From an uncultured delta proteobacterium (GTDB taxonomy: Bacteria > Desulfobacterota > Binatia > UBA9968): a stretch of 64,000 bases of DNA. The notes beneath the pieces are model-generated. The model saw only the letters and a list, made by a program, of their open reading frames with translations, did not search any database and was not told where the DNA came from. Position numbers and translations under genes: made by a program. The stretch spans positions 224,001 to 288,000 of the forward strand of contig CAVSHR010000005.1 of the NCBI GenBank assembly GCA_963727625.1, in the 5' to 3' direction. Below, piece after piece: positions 27,797-38,197 of this stretch; within the stretch, counting starts at the first letter, position 1; every line of letters starts with the position of its first letter.

Positions 27797-28972
27797 ACGA
27801 AAGAACCATATCCGCCCGCAGTATTTGCCGTCCTCCCCGTTCATCGGCGCGGTATAGCGGTCGATGATCCTGCCATCCTTGAGACTGATCTCTTCATGGC
27901 TTTTCTCCGAGCTGTGCTCATACAGATATTTGACGCGGGCAAGAAATGCATCCGCGTCCTTTACCTGTGCGACGACCGCTTGAAGCACCGGCTCATCAAC
28001 GCGTGCCTCTACCATCTCTTGCGGCAGTCCCCAGAGCTCGACAAAGTGCCTATTGTAGGAAATGATTTTTGCCTGCTCGTTCACCACGAGGATCGCGTCC
28101 GGCGAGACTTCCTGCTGCGTAGTCAGAAGGACGTTCTTGAATTGGAGCTCCTGGTGCGCAAGCGATTCGCTGAACAGATGCAGCATGCTGACCAGCAGGC
28201 CGGCCATCGCGCAGATGTACGAGCCGGCCTTCAGCAGGTGGGCCGCGTCGAACATCATGTCGTAAACCCGGCCGGAGAAGGACATGAACATGGTCTGCCC
28301 CATGAAGCTGACAATAAGGCTCAGCACCAGCCAGTGCTCGAACGCATCTAATTTCCATTTGCCCTTGCGCAGGTAACCGATCAGGGCGAGCAGAAAGAAC
28401 AACGCGGGGACAAACTCCTGCGGCCGCGGGAAAACGAGCTGCCGATAGTAAGCGGCCGGCAGCGGCACGAACGCGACGACGGCAAAGCACGCGAGCGCCA
28501 GCGCAACGACGGTACCGTAAACCAGACTCTCACTGACCCGGCCCGCCGCGCCGCGCCGGTCTTGGCGCCGCCACATCAGCCAGCTCAGCCACAACAGCAT
28601 GGACAAGAAGATGCGCGACGCGAACCAGCTCCAGGCGATGAGCGCAGGCGGAGTCGACGGAAATGTTTCGATAAAATGGGAAGAGCTGACCACCGCGTGA
28701 TAACCATCTAGAAAAGCGGTGGCGACAAAGCCCGTGCCGATGAAGAGGAACGTGTTGTCCTTGTTACTGTAGAACCGGAGCAGCGCGAGACAGCCGACGG
28801 CAAGCGACAATACCGTCGCGACCGTTTCCATCAGGGTATGCAGCTCGATATCACCGTGCCAAGTTGAATCTCTGAGGTAGAGGTAAGCGAAGAAAAGGAC
28901 TGCAAACATGGCGACGTAGGCAAACCGCCTGCGCCTTACCACCGTGCCATCGATATCGGGCAAGTCATCCAT
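26276..28972 (-). CDS. diguanylate cyclase: membrane sensor (MASE3-like)-PAS-PAS-GAF-GGDEF
   Basis: Multi-TM N-terminus with HTLME and FLDGYH, two PAS domains ending in DITERK, intact RYGGEEF and an RxxD I-site (RADD). Confidence 0.92.
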   Translation of the reverse strand: MDDLPDIDGTVVRRRRFAYVAMFAVLFFAYLYLRDSTWHGDIELHTLMETVATVLSLAVGCLALLRFYSNKDNTFLFIGTGFVATAFLDGYHAVVSSSHFIETFPSTPPALIAWSWFASRIFLSMLLWLSWLMWRRQDRRGAAGRVSESLVYGTVVALALACFAVVAFVPLPAAYYRQLVFPRPQEFVPALFFLLALIGYLRKGKWKLDAFEHWLVLSLIVSFMGQTMFMSFSGRVYDMMFDAAHLLKAGSYICAMAGLLVSMLHLFSESLAHQELQFKNVLLTTQQEVSPDAILVVNEQAKIISYNRHFVELWGLPQEMVEARVDEPVLQAVVAQVKDADAFLARVKYLYEHSSEKSHEEISLKDGRIIDRYTAPMNGEDGKYCGRIWFFRDITERKRAEVARDQMVAILESTTDLVATSDPDGRILYMNGAGRSLLGVGIDEDITKTVIADFLPDPASHPILSEGIPAAVRQGSWSGETVLLSRRGPEIPVSQVILCHKAPDGKIETLSTIMRDITERKHADAELLQFATELDQRIFAAAAANDALQRQTEESQRLTVERAALAKMNDLLLACASSDEAFDIFGRAAPELFESSTGALHIYAASRNQLTPAATWGEWPDAVMPFSPEHCWGLRRGNYYLGNGTSTPPCEHAGSFKVGATLCVPLMAYGEVLGVLHLRGPDASTLQSRLQLVTLAGDGLAITLANIRLRQTLKEQAIRDPLTGLFNRRYLTETLVREFARAQRSGAPMAIVMIDVDHFKRFNDSFGHDAGDAVLQALGSFFVRSVRADDIACRYGGEEFCLVLPQMDHHNARQRAEAIRAGAAALEVKSDGKVLGPVTLSLGVALFPEDGSDMESLVHAADAALYEAKKAGRNRVEMTSAAALLQPSETLDQKEQSI

Positions 28973-29095
28973 CCTATTTCACCGCGTCAAAGAGTGTCTC
29001 CCGTTGTTTCTTGACTTCAGCGCGTGCCGCTTCAAGCCAGAGTGCGGGGCGCTTGGTGGACGAGTCATCCGGATCATTATCTTCATCACGATTCC

Positions 29096-32011
29096 TCAAG
29101 CGGCGGCAGCCAGAGCCAGGAAACTTGTTTCAAAGATTTCCGCCGGCACCGCTTTGCTGAATAAAAAGCCCTGCATCTCGTCGCAGGTCAGCAGCCGCAG
29201 CAGGCGGGACTGCTCTTCGGTTTCGACTCCTTCCGCCACCACCTTGAGCTTCAACGAATGCCCCAGGTTGATGATCGTCGACACCAGCGCCATTCCCTGC
29301 GGCCCGGTCGTCATGTTGGTCACGAATGAGCGGTCGATCTTCAGCGTGTCCACCGGCAGTTTGGCGAGGTAACTGAGCGAGGAGAATCCGGTGCCGAAGT
29401 CGTCTATAGCTATGGTTATACCCATGGCGCGGATCGCCTGCAGGCTGGTGATGCTGCGCTTGATGTCCTCCATGATTAAGCTTTCGGTGACCTCCAGTTC
29501 CAGTCCGGCCGCTGCCTGAGGGTCAATACTGATGGCCTGCTCGATCTCGGCGATGAAGCCGCGACTGCGCAGTTGCAGCGGTGACACGTTCACCGAAATG
29601 CGCACGGCGGCCAGGCCCGCGGCGCGCCAGCGCAAATAGTCTTCGATCGCTTGACGCACTGCCCAGCGCCCGACTTCATGGATCAATCCGGTTTCTTCCA
29701 GGACCGGGATGAACCGGCCCGGCGGCACCAGGCCGGTGCGCGGATCGTTCCAGCGGATCAGCGCCTCGGCGCTGGTCATCTTGCCGTTCAAGAGGTTCAC
29801 CTTGGGCTGGTAGTGGAGCACGAACTCTCCCTTGTCGAGCGCCTGGCGCAGGTTGTTCTCCAGGGAGAGACTTTCGGCGACGCGCGCGTTCATGGTCTGG
29901 GTGTAAAACAGGTAACGCTCACCGCCCGCCTTGGCCTTCTTGAGCGCGGCCTCGGCATTTCTGAACAAAGTCTCCGCGTCGGCGCCGTCACCGGGGTACA
30001 TCGCAATACCGAACTTGCCGGAGACCCGTAGCTCGGATTCGCCGATCCGAAATGGCGGGCCGAAGACTTCGCTAACCCGTTGTTCGATCAGGCGCGCCAG
30101 CTCTTCCGCGCTCTGCACTTCCGGCACCATGACCGCAAAGTGATCGGCGTCGCCCCGTGCCAGCCGGCCGGCGTCCCCGGCAAAAGCCGTCATGCGCCCG
30201 GCCACTTCCTTGAGCAGCGCATCGCCTGTCGGCCGGCCCAGCGAGTCGTTGATGCTCTTGAATCGTTCGATGTCGATGAGCACGAGCGCAAGTTTGCCGC
30301 CCCGCTCTTCTGCATTCACCACGCTTTGGTTCAGACGCTCGTGGAACAAAGCTCGGTTGGCAAGCCCGGTGAGCGCGTCGTAGTAGGCGAGGTAGTCGAG
30401 CCGCTCCTGCTTGTCGAGGTGATCGATGGCGAATGCGATGTCGCCGGCCAGCTCGGTCAAAAGCTTGATCTCTTCTTCATCGAAATACCCGGCTTCCGCG
30501 GAGTAGAGCGCGAGCGCGCCTACTCCTTGATCCGCGACAATCAGCGGCAAAATCACCATGGAGCGGACTCCGGCCTCGGCGTATTTCTTGCCGAACAAAA
30601 CTCTGGGATCGTGTAGCGAATCGTTGGACACGACCGCCTTTTTCTCCCTGAGCGCCTGGGCGATCATGGTGCTGGGCGCGTCTTCACTCGACGATAAGCG
30701 AACCTTGATGGCGCTCAGGAGCTCTTCATCCACACCCGCCGAGACGACCGAGACAACCTTCGTCACTCCCGGATCGACGACGCTCAGCATGGCCATGCGA
30801 AACCCGCCGTCCTCGACCGCGATCCGGCAGGCCTCTCTGAATAGCTCGTCGCGCTCGTGCACGCGCACGATCAGCGTGTTGATGCCGCTCAGCGCACGAA
30901 GCATTCGGTTGGCCTTCTTTAGATCTCGGCTCGCCGCCGCTATTTCCACCTGGTGCGCCTGCACCGCTTCGGCAGTGCGATCGACGACAGCCATGAGCTC
31001 TCCGAGCTCGCCCCTGGGATAGGGCGGGCCGTTTCGAGCACTCAAATCCTCCGCCCCAATATGCCCGGCCACATTCGCGATGCTCCGCACATGACGGCGG
31101 ATGGCGGTCTCCGCGACGTACCAGGCGACTATGAATGCCAACAGCGAAATGCCCAACAGCAAAATCAGCGCGTCGCGCAGGCTCCGATTGGCTTCCGCCA
31201 CCAGCATGCCCTGCGAGATACCCAGAACCATGCGCGCGCCGCCGCCGCGGGGCTCGGGCAGGACACCTATCGCCCAGACCCGACTCACTCCATCCGCCCC
31301 CGGCAACGTGGCCCAAGCTCCGGAGTTCTGTGAAGCCGTGAAGCGAAACAATTCAGACGCGGCAAAATCCTTACCGACTAGGTCCGTGCGCCCGGCGTCC
31401 GGCTTACGCACCATCAGGATTCCGTTTCGATTCCAGATCAGCAAGCTGATGTCGGGGTAATGGCTCGCCGCGGCGACACCCTCGGCAAACTCGGAAAGGT
31501 TCAGCGAGGCGAGGAGCACGTACTTGAGCGATCCCTGACCGTCAAGCACCGGGTAGGCTACCTGCAGCACCGCAATTCCGGTCAGCCTGCCGATCACCAC
31601 GTCGAAAGCGGGCTGCAGTGACGAGCGCACCTGCTTGAAGTATCCGCGCCCGTTCACGTTTAGCTTGCGGCCCGTGCGCAACGAATCGCAATGCAGGTCG
31701 CCATTCGGCTTGATGGTAAGCAAACCGGTATACTGCGGATAACGCCCGAGCACGCCGGCGAGAAACGCCGAGCAGACGGCCGCGTCCGTTGTGTCGATGT
31801 CCGGCGCGCGCGACAGGCCGTACAGCAATTGCACCGTGCCCTTGACCTTGTGGTCCAGGTTCTCAGCCGCGAACTTCGCCAGAGCACCGAGGTGGTCCTT
31901 CGCTTCGTCGATGGCGCGGTCGCGCTCGTTGAAGAAATAAAACCCCAACACGACGGCCGGCATGAGGGTAGCAAGCAGGACGAGCAGCAGGATGCGGGCG
32001 CGCAAACTCAT
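29096..32011 (-). CDS. Cache-HAMP-GAF-GGDEF(degenerate)-EAL c-di-GMP phosphodiesterase
   Basis: Periplasmic Cache-like domain between two TM helices, GGDEF site degenerate (RGDADHF), intact EAL, DDFGTG and EGVE. Confidence 0.92.
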   Translation of the reverse strand: MSLRARILLLVLLATLMPAVVLGFYFFNERDRAIDEAKDHLGALAKFAAENLDHKVKGTVQLLYGLSRAPDIDTTDAAVCSAFLAGVLGRYPQYTGLLTIKPNGDLHCDSLRTGRKLNVNGRGYFKQVRSSLQPAFDVVIGRLTGIAVLQVAYPVLDGQGSLKYVLLASLNLSEFAEGVAAASHYPDISLLIWNRNGILMVRKPDAGRTDLVGKDFAASELFRFTASQNSGAWATLPGADGVSRVWAIGVLPEPRGGGARMVLGISQGMLVAEANRSLRDALILLLGISLLAFIVAWYVAETAIRRHVRSIANVAGHIGAEDLSARNGPPYPRGELGELMAVVDRTAEAVQAHQVEIAAASRDLKKANRMLRALSGINTLIVRVHERDELFREACRIAVEDGGFRMAMLSVVDPGVTKVVSVVSAGVDEELLSAIKVRLSSSEDAPSTMIAQALREKKAVVSNDSLHDPRVLFGKKYAEAGVRSMVILPLIVADQGVGALALYSAEAGYFDEEEIKLLTELAGDIAFAIDHLDKQERLDYLAYYDALTGLANRALFHERLNQSVVNAEERGGKLALVLIDIERFKSINDSLGRPTGDALLKEVAGRMTAFAGDAGRLARGDADHFAVMVPEVQSAEELARLIEQRVSEVFGPPFRIGESELRVSGKFGIAMYPGDGADAETLFRNAEAALKKAKAGGERYLFYTQTMNARVAESLSLENNLRQALDKGEFVLHYQPKVNLLNGKMTSAEALIRWNDPRTGLVPPGRFIPVLEETGLIHEVGRWAVRQAIEDYLRWRAAGLAAVRISVNVSPLQLRSRGFIAEIEQAISIDPQAAAGLELEVTESLIMEDIKRSITSLQAIRAMGITIAIDDFGTGFSSLSYLAKLPVDTLKIDRSFVTNMTTGPQGMALVSTIINLGHSLKLKVVAEGVETEEQSRLLRLLTCDEMQGFLFSKAVPAEIFETSFLALAAAA

Positions 32012-32039
32012 GCGATCGACGCCCCCATGGCGTCCCGGC

Positions 32040-32300
32040 TCGATGCGACAAGCCGGTCGCGCCCGCCATAAATCGCCTCGGGCAACGCCGCATGAGCGAA
32101 TTCGCAGGGCGCGATAGATATCGCTCCCTGCTGAGACGGCATGCCAATCCCAAAGGGGATCGTCACTCGTCCCTGCGCATTCCGCTCGTGCATAAGTTTC
32201 AACCCGTTCATCGCATCACCCTGGCGCAGGCAGAGCCAGGAAACTTGTTTCAAAGATCTCTCCCGGCACCGCTTTGCTGAATAAAAAGCCCTGCATCTCG
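32040..32300 (-). pseudogene. remnants of an EAL-gene 3' end and a degenerate GGDEF 3' end
   Basis: 32231-32300 is a near copy of 29111-29180 and reads EMQGFLFSKAVPGEIFETSFLAL. The following segment, VTIPFGIG...AHAALPEAIYGGRDRLV, resembles a GGDEF C-terminus. Confidence 0.65.
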
Positions 32301-32788
32301 CAAGCGCCTGCGCGGAGTTCCGCGCGTCGAGGGCGAACATAGAGCCGGCACTTGAATAAGTCCCAGATGTTCTTGTTAGTGGTTTGTCATGCACCTTCAT
32401 GCCGTTATCGGCCCCGGCGCCGCTCTCGCATCCAGCTTAGGCGTCGCGTCAATTGCTTCTCATATGCAGCGCTCGGGCTTAACCCCTCAGTCACACAAAC
32501 AGGCTGCCACAGAGAAACAACTTCGCTTTGAGTATATAGCGACGGGGAGACAGGTAACGTTCACTATTGGACTGGTTTGAAAGAATCCGCAGTGCCCCAA
32601 GGAAATGAGAAAAAAAGTATAGTAAAGATGCGGGCCGAGTCTTGCGATGACATAGAATGACAACGCAAGACACTTTCATGAGTCTGGATGGGCGCTTCGT
32701 TTCTTAAAAGAACTCTCAGGTGCTTTACCGCGGCGGGCATGACAATCCCGTCATCCCGAGTAATCCTAGGGAAATCTTTCCCAAGCTG

Positions 32789-33175
32789 TTACTTCGAATC
32801 GCGCCGAGTCGGCATATGGCAAGCGCGCGAAATCCAATAGCGGTTGTCGGCAAAGGCGCGGTAACCGGCATCGAAAAGCCGGCGCAGTATGGGAAGAGTC
32901 GAAAGAAACCAGAGCGGCTTGGCCCACCAGATGCGCCGCATTAAGTAGCGATACACATCCGCGCCGGCAATTTTTTCGCCATCGGCGAGCAACAATCGAA
33001 AATCCGCGGTCAACTCGTCCTCGATCAATTCGAATTTATCCGCAACCCAATCCGCCTGCAGCGGCGCGATGCGAAAGCCGCGTTTGGCGAGCGTCTTTTC
33101 CCAGAACGGCACCCAGCGGCTGCAAAAACCGCAATTGCCGTCGTAGAGCACCCAGCCTTTGATTTCGTCGGCCAT
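32789..33175 (-). CDS. DCC1-like thiol-disulfide oxidoreductase (DUF393)
   Basis: YDGNCGFC motif and C-terminal YRAFADNRY. Confidence 0.85.
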   Translation of the reverse strand: MADEIKGWVLYDGNCGFCSRWVPFWEKTLAKRGFRIAPLQADWVADKFELIEDELTADFRLLLADGEKIAGADVYRYLMRRIWWAKPLWFLSTLPILRRLFDAGYRAFADNRYWISRACHMPTRRDSK

Positions 33176-33184
33176 GAGCAAGAC

Positions 33185-33943
33185 TCAAGCGATCCGCCGC
33201 GCCGTGTATACGGTAATCTCCGATCCTTCGGCGAGAAACGCCGAAGAAGGCGACCCACTAAGCGCTTGCGCGAACTGTTTGCCGTAGAGATTCGCCACGT
33301 CGCATTCGAGCCGGCAGCTTTGCGCCTGCCAGACGCGCCAGGCCGGATGATCCACGCGATATTCCACCGTGCCGCCGTCTCTCTGTGTCGAATAACCCCA
33401 ATAATGTTGGGTGATAAATTCCTCCTCGGAGCCTTCCGAGAAATGGCTCGGTTGGCCGCGCGTCGCGAGTTCAATGTATTGCAACTTATTCCCGAAAGTC
33501 CAAAAATATTTGGCTGTTTCCATGTTGGCCGGATTGTCTTGCGACCTAAGAATCACATTCCCTGTCGGCAAGGCTACGTAGTTCTCGTTATACAACCATC
33601 GCGCTGTCAGCGCGATCGTTGCCCGCGGCACAATCTCTTTGACAAACACCACGCCGCGGCGCCAGCCGTCCTCTCCCTTGAGGCGCACGTAGAAGCGCAA
33701 ATTGATCTCTTCAAAGTCCCGATGAAATGGGATCGCGATTCCCATCACTTGCGTGTTGAGAAAAAGAAAACCGACCATGCTGACAAACGTCTTTCCCCTC
33801 CACCCATCCAACTCCGTGCCCTTCGGCACCAACCGCATCAAAATCTCCGGCTCGATCTCGTAGTTGAGCATGGCCAGAGAGCGCCACTCGGCGGTGAGAA
33901 ATCGCGTGCCAAAGTCAGCGTTTGACGTCATCCTCTTCGCCAT
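33185..33943 (-). CDS. DUF2071 (YqjF) family protein
   Basis: FLTAEWRSL, FEEINLRFYV, FITQHYWGY and VDHPAW. Confidence 0.85.
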   Translation of the reverse strand: MAKRMTSNADFGTRFLTAEWRSLAMLNYEIEPEILMRLVPKGTELDGWRGKTFVSMVGFLFLNTQVMGIAIPFHRDFEEINLRFYVRLKGEDGWRRGVVFVKEIVPRATIALTARWLYNENYVALPTGNVILRSQDNPANMETAKYFWTFGNKLQYIELATRGQPSHFSEGSEEEFITQHYWGYSTQRDGGTVEYRVDHPAWRVWQAQSCRLECDVANLYGKQFAQALSGSPSSAFLAEGSEITVYTARRIA

Positions 33944-34083
33944 GCTGTCGTGTAGCCCCCAGCTTCGCCGGACGAGCCGGGTCAGGCGCGCAGCAACGTT
34001 GTTTCAGTGGACCGAACCGCCATGGTCAATGGAGGGAGATGGCGCATGAAAGATTCGCACCCCGAGGGACGAAAGTTAGTCGC

Positions 34084-34791
34084 TCAATCTTCAGCGCTTT
34101 GCGCGCCGCTCTTTTGCAGTTCTTCGAGCGCCAGCTTGGCCGCTTCCTGTTCGGATTGCTTTTTGCTGCGGCCAGAGCCTTTGCCCAAAACTTTACCGCC
34201 CACGTCAATTTCCGTGACAAAAAATTTTTCGTGATCCGGCCCGCTCTCGGAAACGATCCGGTAGCTCGGCGGCGCGCGGAAAAGCATCTGGCTGATTTCT
34301 TGTAGCCGGGTTTTGTAATCGTGCTGTCCGAGTGTTTTGGCGGTCACGTCGGCGCCGAAGTAACGTTCCACGACCTGCTGCGCCGCGCTATAGCCGCCAT
34401 CCCGATAAATTCCGCCCAAAAGAGCCTCGAAGGCTCCGGCGAGAATCGACGGCTTGGCGCGCCCGCCGCTCAGTTCTTCGCCTTTTCCGATCCGCAGGAG
34501 CGGACCGATATTTAGCTGAGTTGCTTTTTCCGCCAGCACGGCGGCGTTCACCAGCGCCGCGCGCATTTTCGAGAGCACGCCTTCAGTCTTGTCGGGATTG
34601 CGGCGCATCAAGAGATCGCTCACCGCGAGATCGAGCACGGCGTCGCCGAGAAATTCGAGCACTTCATTGTGTCCTTCGGATTTCTTCCGATCGAAGGACA
34701 CATGGGTTAGGCCGCGCAAAAGCAGCGCGGGATCTTTGAACTCATATCCCAGCGCTTGTTGTAATTCCTGGAGTTGCGTCTGGTTTTTCAA
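34084..34791 (-). CDS. rnc: ribonuclease III
   Basis: NEVLEFLGDAVL, FEALLGGIY and dsRBD (DYKTRLQE...SKKQSEQEAA). Confidence 0.95.
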   Translation of the reverse strand: MKNQTQLQELQQALGYEFKDPALLLRGLTHVSFDRKKSEGHNEVLEFLGDAVLDLAVSDLLMRRNPDKTEGVLSKMRAALVNAAVLAEKATQLNIGPLLRIGKGEELSGGRAKPSILAGAFEALLGGIYRDGGYSAAQQVVERYFGADVTAKTLGQHDYKTRLQEISQMLFRAPPSYRIVSESGPDHEKFFVTEIDVGGKVLGKGSGRSKKQSEQEAAKLALEELQKSGAQSAED

Positions 34792-34798
34792 ACTGCGC

Positions 34799-36148
34799 CT
34801 ACTGCAGCTGAAGCATCGCTGTCGCACCGTCGGCGGACTCGATCGTATAGTCACCCACGACGCTGCCGGTTAACCAGCCGTTGTGAAAGCCGTCGAGCCG
34901 CACGTCAAGCTCGCGGTTAGCTAAACCCTCGGCGCCGACCACTGCGACCGATAGATAATTGCGGCTAAACCCACGCCGCAGTCCGCTGGCCTTGTCGAAT
35001 TTATCCTCGATCAACACGGTGATCCGTCGCCCGAGAAAACCGGCATAAAAGTCCTTTTTCTTTTGCGCGCCGAGCTCGCGCATGCGCCGGGCCCGGATTT
35101 TTTTTACAGCGCCAGGAACGTGGTCGGCTAATCCGGCCGCCGTCGTGCCGCGCCGAAAGGAATAGGGAAATACGTGAAAGTAGGTAAGCGGCAGGGACGC
35201 GAAATATTCCAGCGAGCTCTCGAACTGCGCCTCGCTCTCGCCGGGAAAACCGACGATGATATCGCTCCCCAGAGCGGCCTCGGGCAGACGCTCGCGCACG
35301 CGCGCAAGCAAGTCCCGGAAGTAAACCGTATCGTAGTTGCGCCGCATCCGTTTGAGAATCTCATCGTCGCCGGCTTGGGCGCAGATATGCATGTGCGCGC
35401 AGACGGTGTCGGAACGGGCGATCGAATCGAGCAAGCGATCCGGCACTTCGCGCGGATCCAGCGAACTCAGACGCAGACGCGCAATCGCACCGCTCGCTGC
35501 AATCATTTCAATGAGCGCGGTTAGATCGATCTTCGGTTTGAGGTCTTGTCCATAGCCGCCGAGATGAATCCCGGTGAGCACGATCTCCTTATAGCCAGCG
35601 TCGGCGAGCTGGCGCACCTGCTCCATCACCTGGCGCGGCGCCACGCTGCGGCTCAACCCCCGCGCCGTCGGAATGATGCAATAGGTGCAAGTATAGTTGC
35701 AGCCCTCCTGGATTTTTAGGAAAGCCCGGGTGTGGCCGGGTAGAACCCGGGTTCCAAGCACCGCCACGCCGCGCTCCCGTTTGACGTCGCTGACGGCGAG
35801 CTGCGGCGCTGACGCCGGCGCGCTCTCGACGAAGCGAATCAAATCGTCGAGTCGATTGAGCCCGACGACGAAATCGACGCCGGGGACTTCGGAGACTTCC
35901 TGCGCACTCACCTGGGCGTAGCAGCCAGTGACCAATACTCTGGCCGCGGGGTTCGCCCGCTTTGCGCGGCGCACCAGCTGGCGCGCCTCCCAGTCGGCGC
36001 GGTCGGTCACCGTGCAGGTGTTGATCACGTAGCAGTCCGCCGATTCCTCGAACGGCACGAACGCATGGTGCTCCTGCAAACGGCTTTGAATCACCGCCGA
36101 ATCGTATTGGTTGATTTTGCAACCGAGTGTGGTAATCGCGATACGCAT
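34799..36148 (-). CDS. mtaB: tRNA t6A37 methylthiotransferase
   Basis: TLGCKINQYD, INTCTVT, LKIQEGCNYTCTYC and HVFPYS. Confidence 0.92.
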   Translation of the reverse strand: MRIAITTLGCKINQYDSAVIQSRLQEHHAFVPFEESADCYVINTCTVTDRADWEARQLVRRAKRANPAARVLVTGCYAQVSAQEVSEVPGVDFVVGLNRLDDLIRFVESAPASAPQLAVSDVKRERGVAVLGTRVLPGHTRAFLKIQEGCNYTCTYCIIPTARGLSRSVAPRQVMEQVRQLADAGYKEIVLTGIHLGGYGQDLKPKIDLTALIEMIAASGAIARLRLSSLDPREVPDRLLDSIARSDTVCAHMHICAQAGDDEILKRMRRNYDTVYFRDLLARVRERLPEAALGSDIIVGFPGESEAQFESSLEYFASLPLTYFHVFPYSFRRGTTAAGLADHVPGAVKKIRARRMRELGAQKKKDFYAGFLGRRITVLIEDKFDKASGLRRGFSRNYLSVAVVGAEGLANRELDVRLDGFHNGWLTGSVVGDYTIESADGATAMLQLQ

Positions 36149-36152
36149 ATTC

Positions 36153-36234
36153 TAGGCAATAGGCATTAGGCACCAGGCAATAGTAAAACTCGGATTGAAT
36201 TTCACTGTTGCCAATTTCCTGTGGCCTGTTGCCT
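36153..36234. repeat. heptamer tandem repeat followed by inverted heptamer repeat
   Basis: TAGGCAATAGGCATTAGGCACCAGGCAATAG, then CTGTTGCCAATTTCCTGTGGCCTGTTGCCT. Confidence 0.7.
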
Positions 36235-37302
36235 TTCCTCTTTAATGGCTCGCTCGATCCAGCCTCCGCCTAACACTTTCTCGCCGTGATAAAAGACCGC
36301 CGCTTGCCCGGGCGTCACCGCCGCCGCCGGCTCGTGGAAGCGCACTTCGCAACGAGAATCGCTCTGGAGGCGAATCACGCAGGTGACGGCCGGCGCCCGG
36401 TAACGGATCTGCACTTCGGCTGCGAACTCGGATGCGTTCGGCAGCTCCTGCCAATGAACCGCGCGCGCGGTCAACCCGGCCGATAACAGCTCAGGCTTCT
36501 TGCCGACCACCACCCGCTTGCTTCGATCGTCGATTTCGACCACGTAGAGCGGCTCCTCAGCGGAAATCCCCAAGCCGCGCCGCTGGCCGATGGTCACGCC
36601 GTGAATCCCTCCATGGCGCCCCAGAACTTTGCCCGATCGATCGACCACTTCGCCGCCGGCGCTCTCGCTCTCCCGCGCGTAGGCTGCGACCAGACTTTTG
36701 TAGTCCCCGAAGCAGATATCCTGGCTCTCCGGGCGTTCCGCTGCGGGGAGTGCGAGACGGCGCGCGCGTTCGCGCACCTCTGTTTTTTGCATTTCGCCGA
36801 GAGGAAACCACGTTTGCGCGAGTTGCTCCTGCGAAAGGGCAAAAAGAAAATAGGACTGGTCTTTGCCGCGATCGGCGCCGCGCAGCAAAGCAACCCGCGC
36901 GGTGGACGCATCCCGCGCCAGCCGCGCATAGTGGCCGGTAGCAACGAACTCGGCGCCCTGCGCATGCGCCCACTTGAGCAGAGTGCCGAGCTTGAAATCG
37001 CGATTGCAGGCAACGCAAGGATTTGGGGTGCGGCCGCTGAGATAATCCGCGGCAAAGGGCTTTACCACCTGCTCGACAAATTGGCCGCGCAAATCGAGCA
37101 GCGTGTAACTGATGCCAAGCAGCTTGGCGACTTCTACCGCACCCCGATGATCGGAGCAAACCCGCGGGCCGTGATTCTCCTCCCACATGCGCAGCGAGAC
37201 GCCGTGAACGTCGAAGCCTTGCTCGACGAGCAGCGACGCCGCTACAGAGCTATCAACGCCGCCGCTCATCGCGACAACAATTTTCTTTCCTGACCCAGAC
37301 AT
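36202..37302 (-). CDS. mnmA: tRNA 2-thiouridylase
   Basis: AMSGGVDSS, TPNPCVACN, ATGHYAR, KDQSYFL, ESQDICF and TPGQAAVFY. Confidence 0.96.
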   Translation of the reverse strand: MSGSGKKIVVAMSGGVDSSVAASLLVEQGFDVHGVSLRMWEENHGPRVCSDHRGAVEVAKLLGISYTLLDLRGQFVEQVVKPFAADYLSGRTPNPCVACNRDFKLGTLLKWAHAQGAEFVATGHYARLARDASTARVALLRGADRGKDQSYFLFALSQEQLAQTWFPLGEMQKTEVRERARRLALPAAERPESQDICFGDYKSLVAAYARESESAGGEVVDRSGKVLGRHGGIHGVTIGQRRGLGISAEEPLYVVEIDDRSKRVVVGKKPELLSAGLTARAVHWQELPNASEFAAEVQIRYRAPAVTCVIRLQSDSRCEVRFHEPAAAVTPGQAAVFYHGEKVLGGGWIERAIKEERQQATGNWQQ

Positions 37303-37325
37303 TACTTTCGACTTTGATCTACAAC

Positions 37326-37362
37326 CATTGAAACCTATGGAACGATTGGAACACTTGGAACG
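37326..37362. repeat. 9-bp period tandem repeat
   Basis: CATTGAAAC CTATGGAAC GATTGGAAC ACTTGGAAC. A similar array lies at about 55371-55395. Confidence 0.6.
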
Positions 37363-37382
37363 GATTTTATTACGGCGCCCGG

Positions 37383-38117
37383 TTAGCTTCCGGTATTCTT
37401 CAACATCTCTTTTACCTTGTTCAGCACTTCGCTGTCCTCGGCGGTTTTTTCCTCTAATCCGCCTTGGCGCGCGCTGAGTTCATCGACCTTTCGCTCCAAT
37501 TTTTCGACGTAGTCGGCCAAGCTGCCAAAAGCTTTTGCCACCACGTCGGGCAGGTCGGCGGAATTGAGATCGATAATCGCTTTCCCGGTTTGGGTATGCA
37601 GCGCTTCGGTTTTAACCACCCGGCCCGGAATACCGACCACCGTCGAATGCGCCGGCACGGAGGTCACCAGCACAGAGCCGGCGCCGATGCGGCTATGGCG
37701 GCCGACCGTCACCGGTCCAAGCACTGCCGCTCCGCTGAAAATCGTCACTGAGTCCTCAATGGTCGGGTGTCGTTTGATCCGCGCCGTCGAGGTGCCGCCG
37801 AGTGTCACACCCTGGTAGATCGTCACGTCGTCGCCGACCTCGCTGGTCTCGCCGATCACGACACCCATGCCGTGATCGATAAAAAAGCGCCGCCCGATTC
37901 TCGCTCCAGGGTGGATCTCGATACCGGTCAAGAAACGACTGACATGGCTGATGAATCGAGCCAGCGTAGTGAGCCCCCGTTGCCACAGCCAATGCGCCAG
38001 CCGGTGCATGACGACGGCGTGAAAGCCGGGATAGGCAAGCACGATCTCCCACACCGAGCGCAAGGCCGGATCGCGCAGAGAAACAACCTGAAAGTCTTCT
38101 TTAACGGTTTGCCACAT
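37383..38117 (-). CDS. cysE: serine O-acetyltransferase
   Basis: [26 protein letters not shown] and KRHPT. Confidence 0.95.
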   Translation of the reverse strand: MWQTVKEDFQVVSLRDPALRSVWEIVLAYPGFHAVVMHRLAHWLWQRGLTTLARFISHVSRFLTGIEIHPGARIGRRFFIDHGMGVVIGETSEVGDDVTIYQGVTLGGTSTARIKRHPTIEDSVTIFSGAAVLGPVTVGRHSRIGAGSVLVTSVPAHSTVVGIPGRVVKTEALHTQTGKAIIDLNSADLPDVVAKAFGSLADYVEKLERKVDELSARQGGLEEKTAEDSEVLNKVKEMLKNTGS

Positions 38118-38127
38118 GCCGGATAAG

Positions 38128-38192
38128 CAATAGGCGTTAGGCAATAACAGAAGTGGGGCTTCCCGCAGTCTATTCCTAATGCCTATTGTCTC
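38128..38192. repeat. heptamer tandem and inverted repeat, same family as 36153-36234
   Basis: GCAATAGGCGTTAGGCAATA ... TATTCCTAATGCCTATTG. Confidence 0.65.
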
Positions 38193-38197
38193 CTTTG

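Noticed and set aside
36153-38192. Short repeats considered as a possible CRISPR array
   Set aside because: The units are 7-9 bp with no unique spacers, and there are no cas genes in the window.
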